A stretch of DNA of 64,000 bases from a candidate division WOR-3 bacterium (GCA_023129165.1 JAGMCL010000119.1:4714-68713); one strand, 5' to 3'; positions 9,634 through 19,182 are shown, numbered from the stretch's first letter. Translations and numbers: made by a program. Notes: a model not told the origin generated them from the letters alone.

Positions 9634-10944
9634 ATGAAAACTGTAGTAGGGCTACTTCTTTTGTGCGGAGTTTGTGGGGCGTCCCCAAAGACCGCCTTCG
9701 TGGTAAATGGGCTGGGTGAGACGCTCTCCCTGATCGATCTTGAAGATGGAACGGTAGAAAATAATGTAGTTACCCTGGGACTTGCACCAAACTGGGTTTG
9801 TGTCAATGATGGGATGGTTTATGTAGTCAACTCGATATCTGATGACATCTACTTCATTGATATACAGACGAATCTGGTGGCAGATTCCATCCTCCTCCCA
9901 GAGGGAAGCAACCCGTATGCTATGGAATTTTTGAATGATTCCATAGCATATGTGAGTGCCTTTTGCGCAAACTCCGTCTTCTGTATGAATGTGAAGAGGA
10001 AGGAGATTCTTGAAACTATCCCCGTTGGGCTATCACCGGAAGGATTGTGCATAACCCAGGATGAGGTCTTTGTGGCAATTACGGCATACGACCCAAATAC
10101 ATACACATGGGGAGAGGGAATGGTCTATGTAATAGACGCACCCTCAAACTCTGTTATAGATTCTGTATCGGTTGGTGTCAACCCGCAGCACCTCGAGGTG
10201 GACCCTGATGGTGAACTTTATGTTGTCTGCACGGGTAACTACGGGGCGGTCACAGGGGTGGTGTATAGGACAGATGGTGTTACACACCAGGTTCTCGACA
10301 GTCTGATGACAGGCGGAACACCCCTTTCCATATCCATTTCTTCTAACGGAATAGCTTGGATTGGTGCTGGTGGTTGGACAGATAACGGTTATGTATATAT
10401 GATTGACACCGAAACAGAGAGTATAATCCACGGCAGTTCCAATCCGATCCTTGTTGGGAGGGGTGTATTGGGAGTTACCTGTGATGGTAATGGCAACTGC
10501 TACACCTGCAACTTTGGTACTGATGATGTTTCTGTTATAGACGAGACGGGCAGTATTATAAGGACCTTCGGCGTTGGGGATGGTCCACAGGCGATTGCAA
10601 TATACGAACCAACTTATGGAATTGAAGATTTGGAGAGGAGACCAGACATCATACTCTCAGTGTACCCGAATCCGTTCAGAGAGAGTATAGTTATCAGTTA
10701 TCAGTCATCAGTTATCGGTAACCAATCACACCACTACCCGATTACCGATCACCTATCACCGATTACCTTAAAAATCTACGACCTCACAGGTCGTCTCGTC
10801 AAGCAATTTACTATTTACGAATCACGATTTACAAATCACGAAATAGCCTGGGATGGAAGGGATAAACAGGACAAAAGGGTAGAGAATGGTGTCTATTTTG
10901 TCAAATTACACGGCCTTACAGAAAAGGTAATATTATTAAGATAA
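9634..10944 (+). CDS. YVTN-family beta-propeller protein with T9SS C-terminal sorting domain
   Basis: Signal peptide MKTVVGLLLLCGVCGAS. Repeated segments of about 40 aa (VYVVNSISDDIYFIDIQTN... / LYVVCTGNYGAVTGVVYRTD...) are typical of YVTN repeats. The C-terminus ...KIYDLTGRLVKQF...GVYFVKLHGLTEKVILLR matches the Por_Secre_tail pattern. An AAGGGGG RBS is present. Confidence 0.6.
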   Translation: MKTVVGLLLLCGVCGASPKTAFVVNGLGETLSLIDLEDGTVENNVVTLGLAPNWVCVNDGMVYVVNSISDDIYFIDIQTNLVADSILLPEGSNPYAMEFLNDSIAYVSAFCANSVFCMNVKRKEILETIPVGLSPEGLCITQDEVFVAITAYDPNTYTWGEGMVYVIDAPSNSVIDSVSVGVNPQHLEVDPDGELYVVCTGNYGAVTGVVYRTDGVTHQVLDSLMTGGTPLSISISSNGIAWIGAGGWTDNGYVYMIDTETESIIHGSSNPILVGRGVLGVTCDGNGNCYTCNFGTDDVSVIDETGSIIRTFGVGDGPQAIAIYEPTYGIEDLERRPDIILSVYPNPFRESIVISYQSSVIGNQSHHYPITDHLSPITLKIYDLTGRLVKQFTIYESRFTNHEIAWDGRDKQDKRVENGVYFVKLHGLTEKVILLR

Positions 10945-11048
10945 GACACAAAGACTTCAGATTTTAGATTACGGACTATGGATCACCGATTACTGATTAT
11001 CGATAACCAATCCTTTGGGGATTTAGTAACTTTGTGGTTAATCTTTTT

Positions 11049-11078
11049 CTTGACAAACAGGGAGAAATACGGTATAAT
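11049..11078 (+). promoter_or_regulatory. consensus sigma70 promoter giving a leaderless Rrf2 transcript
   Basis: cTTGACAaacagggagaaatacggTATAATacatt ATG. The spacer is 17 nt. The -10 element ends 5 nt before the Rrf2 ATG (11084) and there is no RBS. Confidence 0.6.
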
Positions 11079-11083
11079 ACATT

Positions 11084-11515
11084 ATGAAGATGTCAACAAG
11101 ATGTAGGTATGCGCTGCGAGCAATGATGGAGATTGTTCAATGCGATAAGGATGGTCCTGTCTCTCTGAAAAATATATCAAAAACTCAAGACATCTCTAAG
11201 AAATATCTTGGTAAATTATTTAACGAATTGAAAAAATCAAGACTATTAATAAGCGTGAGAGGACCAAAAGGCGGCTATCTCTTAGGCAAAAAGGCAGAAA
11301 AAATAACAATTGGAGATATAATTCTGGCAGTAGAAGGACCAATAATTCAAGTACCTTGTGTGGAGAACAGTACAGGAAGGAATTGCACTAGATTGGAAAA
11401 ATGTGTTTGCCATCTATTTTGGGAAAACCTTAAGAAATATATTACAGACTTTCTTGATTCTGAAACACTGCTAGACCTACATAACAAAACCAGGGAACAC
11501 AATATAGCTTCATAG
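11084..11515 (+). CDS. Rrf2-family transcriptional regulator (IscR/NsrR-like, Cys-cluster type)
   Basis: MKMSTRCRYALRAMMEIV...SVRGPKGGYLLGK is the canonical Rrf2 wHTH. A C-terminal Cys triad (PCVENSTGRNCTRLEKCVC) suggests an Fe-S sensor. Confidence 0.8.
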   Translation: MKMSTRCRYALRAMMEIVQCDKDGPVSLKNISKTQDISKKYLGKLFNELKKSRLLISVRGPKGGYLLGKKAEKITIGDIILAVEGPIIQVPCVENSTGRNCTRLEKCVCHLFWENLKKYITDFLDSETLLDLHNKTREHNIAS

Positions 11516-11666
11516 CGATCAATATTTATTTTTTTTTATAGTCAAAGTATACCGTTTTAGTAGTCTTTTGGTGAGCCGGAACAAGTGCTCACTTTGCCTT
11601 AAATAATCGGTTGTTGGATTGCAAGAAGATGGGAATAGGAAATATCTTACATATGGAGGTTTCAAT

Positions 11667-12086
11667 ATGGTCGAAACAAAAATAACGTGGTCAGATGGAA
11701 TGGTATTTACAGCCATTCCAGATTCAGGACATAAAGTTATTATGGATTCCATCAAAGAAATTGGTGGTTCCGCAAAGGGACCAACTCCTATGGAACTTGT
11801 GCTTATGGCACTTGGCGGATGCACCGGGATGGATATTGTCGGCATCTTAAAAAAGATGGGTGTAGAATTAAAGAGTCTGGAGATTGAGCTTTATGGCGAG
11901 AAGGAGGAAAAACATCCTAAGGTCTACAGATCTATAGATATGAAATACACTGTTAAGGGTAAAGGTATACCAGAAAAAAATGTCAAAAGAGCAATAGAAC
12001 TCTCTAAAAACAAGTATTGTTCTGTATCAGCAATGCTTTCTAAAAAATGTAAAATAAGATATACATATGAGATTATAGAGGTATAG
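11667..12086 (+). CDS. OsmC/Ohr-family peroxiredoxin-like protein
   Basis: Start set at MVETKITW, with a GGAGGT RBS 7 nt upstream. The motifs PTPMELVLMALGGCTGMDIV and ...KNKYCSVSAML contain the two conserved OsmC cysteines. Confidence 0.75.
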   Translation: MVETKITWSDGMVFTAIPDSGHKVIMDSIKEIGGSAKGPTPMELVLMALGGCTGMDIVGILKKMGVELKSLEIELYGEKEEKHPKVYRSIDMKYTVKGKGIPEKNVKRAIELSKNKYCSVSAMLSKKCKIRYTYEIIEV

Positions 12087-12361
12087 AAATAAGACCATAA
12101 AAGGTTAAACCTGTATGAAAATAACTCGATTACTCTGTTCATCTCTAATATTATACTTTAACCAGGTACTGTCAAATAGAATATGAAAAAATAATAACAA
12201 GTGTTTTTTGAGGAAAGACCTACTACTCCTATAATAAAGAAACCAAATAAACCTTAGACATGTAACCTGATAAGTATAAAAAGAAGTTGCCTAGCGTGGT
12301 TTTTTTAGTTGCTGAGGTAAGAATTAATGCTAAGCAGAAGAAATCTACCGCTAAGACAAGA

Positions 12362-13306
12362 CTAATCTTTATTGTGGTAGACCTTATTTTTAAAATACTC
12401 TATCGTTTTTCTTAACCCATCCTCAAGCCTCACCTCGGGCATCCATGAAAAAATTATTCTTGCTCTTTTTATATCTGGCTGCCTGACTCTTGGGTCGTCT
12501 TCTGGTAAAGGTTTGAATACTATCCCACATTTATTACCTACCATCTCATTTATACGTTCGGCAAATTGTATTATCGTTATCTCTTTTGGGTTCCCAATGT
12601 TTACTGGTTCATAGTCTTCTACCTGCATAACTCGCCATATCCCCTGTATCAAATCCGATATATAACAGAAACTTCTTGTCTGTTCACCATCACCATAAAC
12701 TGTAAGAGACTCTCCTCTTAATGCTTGACATATAAAATTAGGCACCACTCTGCCATCATCCATTCTCATCCTTTCACCGTATGTATTAAATATCCGAACA
12801 ATCCTCGTGTTGACACTATGATAACGGTGATATGCCATTGTGATTGCTTCTGCAAACCTTTTTGCCTCATCGTATACACCCCTGGGTCCAATAGTGTTTA
12901 CATTTCCCAGATAACTCTCCCTCTGAGGGCTTATAAGAGGGTCTCCATACACCTCTGACGTGGATGCAAGCAGATATTTTGCCTTTTTCGCCATTGTAAG
13001 TCCGAGTGTATTGTGTGTTCCCAGTGCGCCTACTTTTAGGGTCTGTATTGGATACTTGAGGTAATCTATAGGTGACGCAGGAGAGGCAAAATGTAAAATC
13101 CAGTCTAAATCCCCTTTTATAGATATAAACCTTGATACATCATGGTTTATGAAAGTAAATCTCGGGTTGTCCCTTATGGATTTTATATTCGATAAAGACC
13201 CGGTTATTAGATTATCTATACAGATTACATCGTTTTCCTTCTCTATAAAGAATTCACATAGATGTGAACCGATAAATCCCGCACCACCTGTGACTACAAT
13301 TCTCAT
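12362..13306 (-). CDS. uxs: UDP-glucuronate decarboxylase (UDP-xylose synthase)
   Basis: [18 protein letters not shown]...DNLITGS...INHDV...[11 protein letters not shown]...YDEAKRFAE...[21 protein letters not shown] is near-collinear with UXS1-type SDR enzymes. The gene is adjacent to ugd. Confidence 0.8.
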   Translation of the reverse strand: MRIVVTGGAGFIGSHLCEFFIEKENDVICIDNLITGSLSNIKSIRDNPRFTFINHDVSRFISIKGDLDWILHFASPASPIDYLKYPIQTLKVGALGTHNTLGLTMAKKAKYLLASTSEVYGDPLISPQRESYLGNVNTIGPRGVYDEAKRFAEAITMAYHRYHSVNTRIVRIFNTYGERMRMDDGRVVPNFICQALRGESLTVYGDGEQTRSFCYISDLIQGIWRVMQVEDYEPVNIGNPKEITIIQFAERINEMVGNKCGIVFKPLPEDDPRVRQPDIKRARIIFSWMPEVRLEDGLRKTIEYFKNKVYHNKD

Positions 13307-13694
13307 CTTTTCCCTCCCTTAACCATATGGGGTAGTGTGCAAAATCTAACCACAGATTCACCCTGTTAAATATCTTAACAATGAATGTCAGAAGGCTACA
13401 GTGAACGCTTCTATTAAACAGGGTGAACCCTGTTAAATAGTTACAAAATTGAGTACAAGTAATCACTCCTAGTACTTTATTTAACAGGGGAACCACAGAG
13501 AATCTTTAGTATTAAGGGATTATAAAATATTTTTTATTCCTCTACTCCCTGCCCCGCCGATGGCGGGGTGAATGACCTCTGTGGTTCCTTTCGTGTTCTT
13601 TCATATTTTATTTAAAACCACCCAAGATATCTCGTTAAATATCAACCGTACATATTCATAGGATCCGTACGAACGGGTCGTAAATTCTTTGGTC

Positions 13695-14975
13695 TCATAC
13701 ACCAACTCCTATGTATATAAACCCGAGTTCCTCCATTTTTTCTCTCTCAAATATATTCCTGCCATCAAATATTATAGGTGTTTTCAGAAGGTTCTTAACC
13801 TTTTGTATATCCATATTCCTAAACACATCCCACTCTGTAAGGATTACAAGACAATCTGCTCCATTGGCTACCTCATATATATCATTCTTGTAATCAATCT
13901 CTGGCAAGACCTCCTTTGCATTACCCATGGCAACGGGGTCATATGCAACAACTCTTGCTCCATCCTCTAATAAACCATTTATTATATCTATCGACGGAGC
14001 ACTCCTCATATCATCAGTGTTGGGTTTGAATGCAAGTCCTAAGACACCTATTATTTTACCATTTAGATTCCAGAGAACTTCCTCCATCTTTTCCACAAAT
14101 TTCTTTTTTATAAGCTCATTTATCCTCTCTGTCTCCTTCAATAGATTAAATTTATATCCAAGTTTATCTGATATCCTCCTGAATGCACTAATATCCTTCG
14201 GGAAACAGGAACCACCAAAACCAACACCTGCATTCAGGAACCTATCACCTATTCGGCGGTCAAGACCCATTCCCCTTGCTACCTCTTCTACATTTGCTCC
14301 GGCAAGTTCGCAAACAATAGAGACAGCATTAATAAATGATATCTTCGTTGCAAGAAATGAGTTAGATGCATGTTTTATTATCTCAGCAGATTTAATATCG
14401 GTGAATATTATTGGTGCACTAATGGGTTCATAAATCTTTTTCATAATATCCTTTGCCTTCCCCGTTTCAACACCTATAACAACCCTGTCAGGATGTAGAA
14501 AATCATCAATGGCTGTACCCTCCCTCAGGAATTCAGGATTAGACGCAACATCAAAAGGTATTCCCTTTACACGCATTTCCATAACACTTTTTATCTTCAT
14601 TCCAGTCTGTACCGGGACAGTAGATTTCTCAACAATCAGCCTGTATGAATCCATACATCCCGCTATTTCAGATACTACGTTTTCAACCTGTGAGAGATCT
14701 GCATCACCTGAGCCCTTCGAGGGAGTACCAACTGCTATGAATATGACAGGGGCGCCCTTTACTGCATCGGATATCTTGGTTGTAAATGTTAGCCTTTTCT
14801 TATTCTTCTCCAGTAATGTAGAGAGACCGGGTTCATAAATGGGCGGTTTTAGCATCTTCAGCATTTCAATTTTCCTATCATTGCTATCAACACAAATAAC
14901 GGAATGGCCAAGTTCTGCAAGACAGGCACCTGTTACGAGTCCAACATATCCACAACCTATCACCCCAATATCCAT
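13695..14975 (-). CDS. ugd: UDP-glucose 6-dehydrogenase
   Basis: MDIGVIGCGYVGLVTGACLAELGH...GGSCFPKD contains the catalytic Cys. The ORF track begins at an upstream GTG (14987). The ATG at 14975 is preferred. Confidence 0.85.
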   Translation of the reverse strand: MDIGVIGCGYVGLVTGACLAELGHSVICVDSNDRKIEMLKMLKPPIYEPGLSTLLEKNKKRLTFTTKISDAVKGAPVIFIAVGTPSKGSGDADLSQVENVVSEIAGCMDSYRLIVEKSTVPVQTGMKIKSVMEMRVKGIPFDVASNPEFLREGTAIDDFLHPDRVVIGVETGKAKDIMKKIYEPISAPIIFTDIKSAEIIKHASNSFLATKISFINAVSIVCELAGANVEEVARGMGLDRRIGDRFLNAGVGFGGSCFPKDISAFRRISDKLGYKFNLLKETERINELIKKKFVEKMEEVLWNLNGKIIGVLGLAFKPNTDDMRSAPSIDIINGLLEDGARVVAYDPVAMGNAKEVLPEIDYKNDIYEVANGADCLVILTEWDVFRNMDIQKVKNLLKTPIIFDGRNIFEREKMEELGFIYIGVGV

Positions 14976-15084
14976 AGAACCCCCCACATAAAAAAATTAA
15001 ACATCAAATATTAAAATGTAAATATTTAGAGATAGTCATAAACGCTATTTTATTTTTGATTTGTTATTTGCATTTTGATTTTTA

Positions 15085-15495
15085 ATTTTTGGCATTGTCC
15101 CAAACTCTTGTTATGATAGATAATATGAAACCTTTTATTGTGTGCTATAGCGTTGCAATCTCATTTTTCTATAACTATCCACCCTTAAATGCGATTGCTT
15201 CGCTTAGGCTCGCAATGACAAAGTGTTTTATGCGATTGCTTCGCTTAGGCTCGCAATGACAAAGTGTTTTATGCGATTGCTTCGCCTACCTGCCGGCAGG
15301 CAGGTTGTCCGTCAAGAAGTACGACGGACGCCTCGCAATGACATGGAAGAAGTTGTCATATTGTGAGAACTTCTGGGAAATAAAGCTTTTATCTACCCCC
15401 GACTTTGGCTGGGCAGACAGATTGAATTGAAAATTATTGATATCCAATATATATGGCTTTAACGCTATCATGTAACTTTGGGACATTCCCTAAAA
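15085..15495. mobile_element. MITE-like non-coding insertion with imperfect terminal inverted repeats (candidate)
   Basis: TTTTGGCATTGTCCCAAA (15085) versus the inverse TTTGGGACATTCCCTAAAA (15478). The inverted repeats are flanked by the direct repeat ATTAAAATGTAAA (15011 and 15497). The interior carries 41-bp tandem repeats and GATTGCTTCG / CGCAATGAC REP motifs. Confidence 0.3.
15189..15286. repeat. 41-bp tandem repeat, about 2.4 copies (atgcgattgcttcgcttaggctcgcaatgacaaagtgtttt)
   Basis: Two exact adjacent copies plus a partial third. The unit contains the ATTGC...GCAAT inverted motif shared with elements at 18.5, 23.9, 24.25 and 62.3 kb. Confidence 0.8.
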
Positions 15496-15573
15496 TTAAA
15501 ATGTAAAATTTAAAAACAAACTAACAACTGCTACTGATTTACCTATTATCTTTCACCTGACACCTGATACCAA

Positions 15574-17325
15574 TCACCTAACGAGCAGGTCCACCTGTCC
15601 TGATAATTTAGACGATTTCCTGAAGGTTTCCTCATATTTCAATGAAAACTGTATTGATTTTAAAGGCTTATATCTTATTACAATATAATTCCTCTTTCCA
15701 TGTCCAGTTATAAATCTGTTTCCCATAACGCCTGGAAGCCCGCTCTCGTATTCTGTAAACCTAAATCTCGAAAGATCGCTGTCAAAAATTATGTATCTAT
15801 AGTGTAAAGATAATGTTTTCATAGGCTGTATAAATATATCACCATAAACAAGTTCTCCTGAGAGAATATCATTTTCCCTTGCCCATTCTGTTCTCAGTCT
15901 TAATCCTATCTCTTTTACAGGCTTCAAATCCAAATCAATCCTTACAAACCTTACATAATCCTCTTGCTTACATTTATATTTATAACTTATACCAACACTT
16001 AACTCCTTTCTTATCTGCCTTTTGCCGATTACTCTGTATTCATTCCCTTTTCCTGGAAGAGGATCGTCTTCCCATTCCATATGGTCACCGTAAAGAATTA
16101 TCTCTGTTTTTGGAAAAGGTTTGTAGACTATTGATGTATACACCCCTCTATCATTCAATACACCATAAGAGGATATTCTCCTGTCAGAGAACGGTGATGA
16201 GTGAGGGGAGAAAAAGGTTGTTGGAAGGTATCGATAAATAACATCCAGAACAAACTTATCTCCCTTAATGTTAAAACCACATACAGTCGCTATATGCCTT
16301 GAATAGGCAACCTCTCCAAAAAAGGTAAGCCTATTCTTATTAACACAAAAATTTACAGAAAATGGCGAATAAGACCTTACCTCATTCTCGTTGTAATCTG
16401 ATGCATGGTAGTATGTCCATCCGATAGTTCCAAATTCTCCTGAGACATCCAGATGCCCACCATATATCGTTTCCCTTGCTCTATCCTTCCTTTCTTCCCA
16501 TCCCAATGTAGTATGCTCTGCTGAATATGTATAATATATTGAATCACTACCTCTTGCATCAAGTGTAGCATACGAGTAGAATAGTGATAGACATGCAGCT
16601 CCAAAATTCTTAGTACGACAGGCTATTCCCCTCTCATATGTGTTCTCTCCTGTAATTGTATATAGATAGGTTCCCTTTCTTCTTGTTGAATAAGGAGAAC
16701 CCTTGAATGTGAGGACAGGGGAACCCAGAATAAGTCTTTCTCCAAAATCAAGTCCGTAATATCCAACAATCAGGTTTTCTAAAATACCTATACTCTTTAC
16801 CTCAATTCCAAATGCAAGGAAATCTGTAATATCTTTCTCCCCTGCATCCTTTTCCGTAAGAAAGCATCCTCTGAATCTTCCATAATCTATGAGCGTTCTC
16901 ATATATGCTTTGAGAGGATTACCAGGGGTATTTTCATCCTCAGGTCGTTTTCGCTCTATTCTCACCCTCACCCTGAACTCTGGATGAACAGTCCGTACTC
17001 TTAAAATAGGAGCAGTTTCTATCCTTATATATGGTTCTATTCTCGAATAGACAACAGCAGGTAATATATCTTTTAAGGACTCCTTGTTAATAAAACCACC
17101 TCTTTTCTCTCTCGCCCTGATTATATCATCTGCAATTTTATTATCTATATAAGGAATAAGAAGGAGCTCATCTATAGTGGCTGCGTTAATATCAATCGGA
17201 TTTTCCTTTAGTTCATCTATCAGTTCTATTAACTCCTCTGATGCCTCGCCTTCAATATCAGTTTCAAACTCTTGCGGAAAGATGCTTACACTAATAAGAA
17301 GAAGTAGAATACAGAATTTCTTCAT
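15574..17325 (-). CDS. ComEA-like helix-hairpin-helix domain fused to a putative outer-membrane beta-barrel
   Basis: Signal peptide MKKFCILLLLISVSIF. IDINAATIDELLLIPYIDNKIADDIIRAREKRGGFINKESLKDIL matches the ComEA HhH DNA-binding motif. It is followed by about 480 aa of Y/R-rich alternating beta-strand pattern. The ATG at 17325 (GAGGGTGA RBS) lies 5 nt past the recA stop. Confidence 0.5.
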   Translation of the reverse strand: MKKFCILLLLISVSIFPQEFETDIEGEASEELIELIDELKENPIDINAATIDELLLIPYIDNKIADDIIRAREKRGGFINKESLKDILPAVVYSRIEPYIRIETAPILRVRTVHPEFRVRVRIERKRPEDENTPGNPLKAYMRTLIDYGRFRGCFLTEKDAGEKDITDFLAFGIEVKSIGILENLIVGYYGLDFGERLILGSPVLTFKGSPYSTRRKGTYLYTITGENTYERGIACRTKNFGAACLSLFYSYATLDARGSDSIYYTYSAEHTTLGWEERKDRARETIYGGHLDVSGEFGTIGWTYYHASDYNENEVRSYSPFSVNFCVNKNRLTFFGEVAYSRHIATVCGFNIKGDKFVLDVIYRYLPTTFFSPHSSPFSDRRISSYGVLNDRGVYTSIVYKPFPKTEIILYGDHMEWEDDPLPGKGNEYRVIGKRQIRKELSVGISYKYKCKQEDYVRFVRIDLDLKPVKEIGLRLRTEWARENDILSGELVYGDIFIQPMKTLSLHYRYIIFDSDLSRFRFTEYESGLPGVMGNRFITGHGKRNYIVIRYKPLKSIQFSLKYEETFRKSSKLSGQVDLLVR

Positions 17326-17330
17326 AATGC

Positions 17331-18350
17331 TCAATCACCCTCATCGGTCTCTTTGCCCCTTAAAAGACCAAGTTTCTCCTTTATCCTACTCTCGATTTCA
17401 TCCCTCAACTCAGTATGTGAATAAAGATACTCAACTGCATTCTCTCTGCCCTGTCCAAGCCTTTCGTTACCATATGAAAACCATGTTCCTGATTTTGTTA
17501 CAATTTCCTCCTTCACACCAATATCAATGAGTTCTCCCTCCTTTGAAATCCCCTTACCAAACAGTATGTCAAATTCTGCATCCCTGAAAGGTGGAGCAAG
17601 TTTATTCTTTACCACCCTTACCAAAAGGTGATTCCCTATGCTCTGCTCACCCTTTTTTATTGAAGATACACGTCTAATATCCAGCCTTATAGATGCATGG
17701 AACTTTAAGGCAAGTCCCCCGGGAGTGGTCATCGGATTTCCAAATATAACCCCAATCTTCATCCTCTCCTGGTTTATGAATATAGTTGCTGTCTTGGATT
17801 TTGAAAGTACACCGGTGAGTTTTCTCAATGCCTGTGACATAAGCCTTGCCTGGAGTCCCATATGAGAATCACCCATATCACCCTCTATCTCTGCCCTTGG
17901 TACAAGTGCGGCGACAGAATCAATGACTATTATATCGGTAGCGCCACTCCTTGCAAGAGTCTCAGTAATTTCAAGTGCCTGCTCACCTGTATCAGGCTGG
18001 GATATTAATAGGTTATCCACATCAACTCCGAGATTCTTCGCATAAGTCGGATCAAGTGCATGCTCGGCATCAATGAATGCAGCCACACCACCTTTTTTCT
18101 GAGCCTCTGCCAACATATGAAGAGCAATCGTGGTCTTTCCTGAAGACTCAGGTCCAAATATCTCCATTACCCTGCCTCTCGGAATACCACCAATACCTAA
18201 AGCAAAATCAAGTGATATTGAGCCAGTTGGTATTGCATCTTCCTCCCATCTAACTTCTTTCTCGCCCAATCTCATAATGCTGCCCTTTCCAAATGTCTTT
18301 TCAATCTGTTGGATAGCATGTTCAAGGCTTTTTTTTCTCTCCTCCTCCAT
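17331..18350 (-). CDS. recA: recombinase RecA
   Basis: ...[15 protein letters not shown]...[16 protein letters not shown] (Walker A) ...IDAEHALDP...[17 protein letters not shown]... matches RecA over its full length. Confidence 0.95.
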   Translation of the reverse strand: MEEERKKSLEHAIQQIEKTFGKGSIMRLGEKEVRWEEDAIPTGSISLDFALGIGGIPRGRVMEIFGPESSGKTTIALHMLAEAQKKGGVAAFIDAEHALDPTYAKNLGVDVDNLLISQPDTGEQALEITETLARSGATDIIVIDSVAALVPRAEIEGDMGDSHMGLQARLMSQALRKLTGVLSKSKTATIFINQERMKIGVIFGNPMTTPGGLALKFHASIRLDIRRVSSIKKGEQSIGNHLLVRVVKNKLAPPFRDAEFDILFGKGISKEGELIDIGVKEEIVTKSGTWFSYGNERLGQGRENAVEYLYSHTELRDEIESRIKEKLGLLRGKETDEGD

Positions 18351-18375
18351 AACTACCTCCTGGTATAATATTTGT

Positions 18376-18985
18376 TAGTGTGCAAAATCTAACCACAGAC
18401 CTGCCTGCCCTGCCTACCGGCAGGCAGGCGTCAGGCAGGGAAGTCCCTCCTACAATAAAAAAATGAGATTGCTTCACCTTCGGTTCGCAATGACAGCATC
18501 CGGAATGCGATTGCTTCGCCAATCCGTCGCACTTCTTGACGGACGACGGACTTGCAACGACAAAGACATTTATAGAACAGGGATTTGCCTGCTTGACGCA
18601 GTCAAATAAGAGAATTTTAATAGAAAAATTTTTTTTCTTTATCTAAAATCTCATTCAAGTCTCGTCTCTACCTATCGGCAGACAGGCAAGTCCCTGTTAA
18701 GAAGAGATAGGATTGCTTCGTCCGTCAATCGACGGACTCCTCGCAATGACAGTACGTGTTACCTGTCGTTCGAAGGCTAAAGCCTTCGGCTACCATTTCT
18801 AAATTATGGAGTGCCTGCCTGCGGTAGGCAGGCAATAACCGTGATATTGCTTACCCCGCCAAGGCGGGGTACTCCAAAAAGTTGTCATTGCGAACGAACG
18901 AAGTGAGTGTGGCAATCTCATTTGTTATACTTACGTACACCCCAAAAAGAGATTGCTTCGTCCGTCAATCGACGGACTCCCACCA
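18376..18985. repeat. cluster of REP/MITE-like palindromic elements (no coding capacity)
   Basis: The cluster contains three sequence families. TAGTGTGCAAAATCTAACCACAG is also found at 13327. The CCTGCCTGCCGGCAGGCAGG-type palindromes recur at 15276, 24076 and 28786. GATTGCTTCG...CGCAATGAC units and CCCCGCCaaGGCGGGG hairpins are also present. The sub-block 18711-18985 is repeated at 23960-24275. Confidence 0.6.
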
Positions 18986-19021
18986 CAACATTACACATTA
19001 AACATTTAACATCTAACAATT
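18981..19021. repeat. heptamer microsatellite (N-AACAT-N)n
   Basis: caacattacacattaaacatttaacatctaacaatt. The same repeat type recurs at 19183-19248 and 62395-62530. Confidence 0.6.
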
Positions 19022-19182
19022 TCTTTATCGCGACTAGGACGTTATTCCTACCGTCACTCTTCCCCGTTTTACAATTCCTCGCTTTACGCTTTATTTATCC
19101 CGTAGAATGCGCAGCTATTCTATCGGGACTCCATACTCCCTACATTCTTCCTTCTTTTCGCAACCAGGAGGTTGCTCCTACC

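Noticed and set aside
9537-9806. 89-aa minus-strand ORF
   Set aside because: It overlaps the RBS and 5' end of the beta-propeller gene on the other strand.
15286-15486. 66-aa ORF inside the MITE-like element
   Set aside because: It is encoded by tandem-repeat and palindromic sequence with no translation signals.
18400-18445. GTCAGGCAGGGAAGTCC resembles the SRP-RNA domain IV motif
   Set aside because: It is part of the CCTGCC/GGCAGG palindromic repeat family that recurs elsewhere. The rest of a 4.5S RNA is not present.
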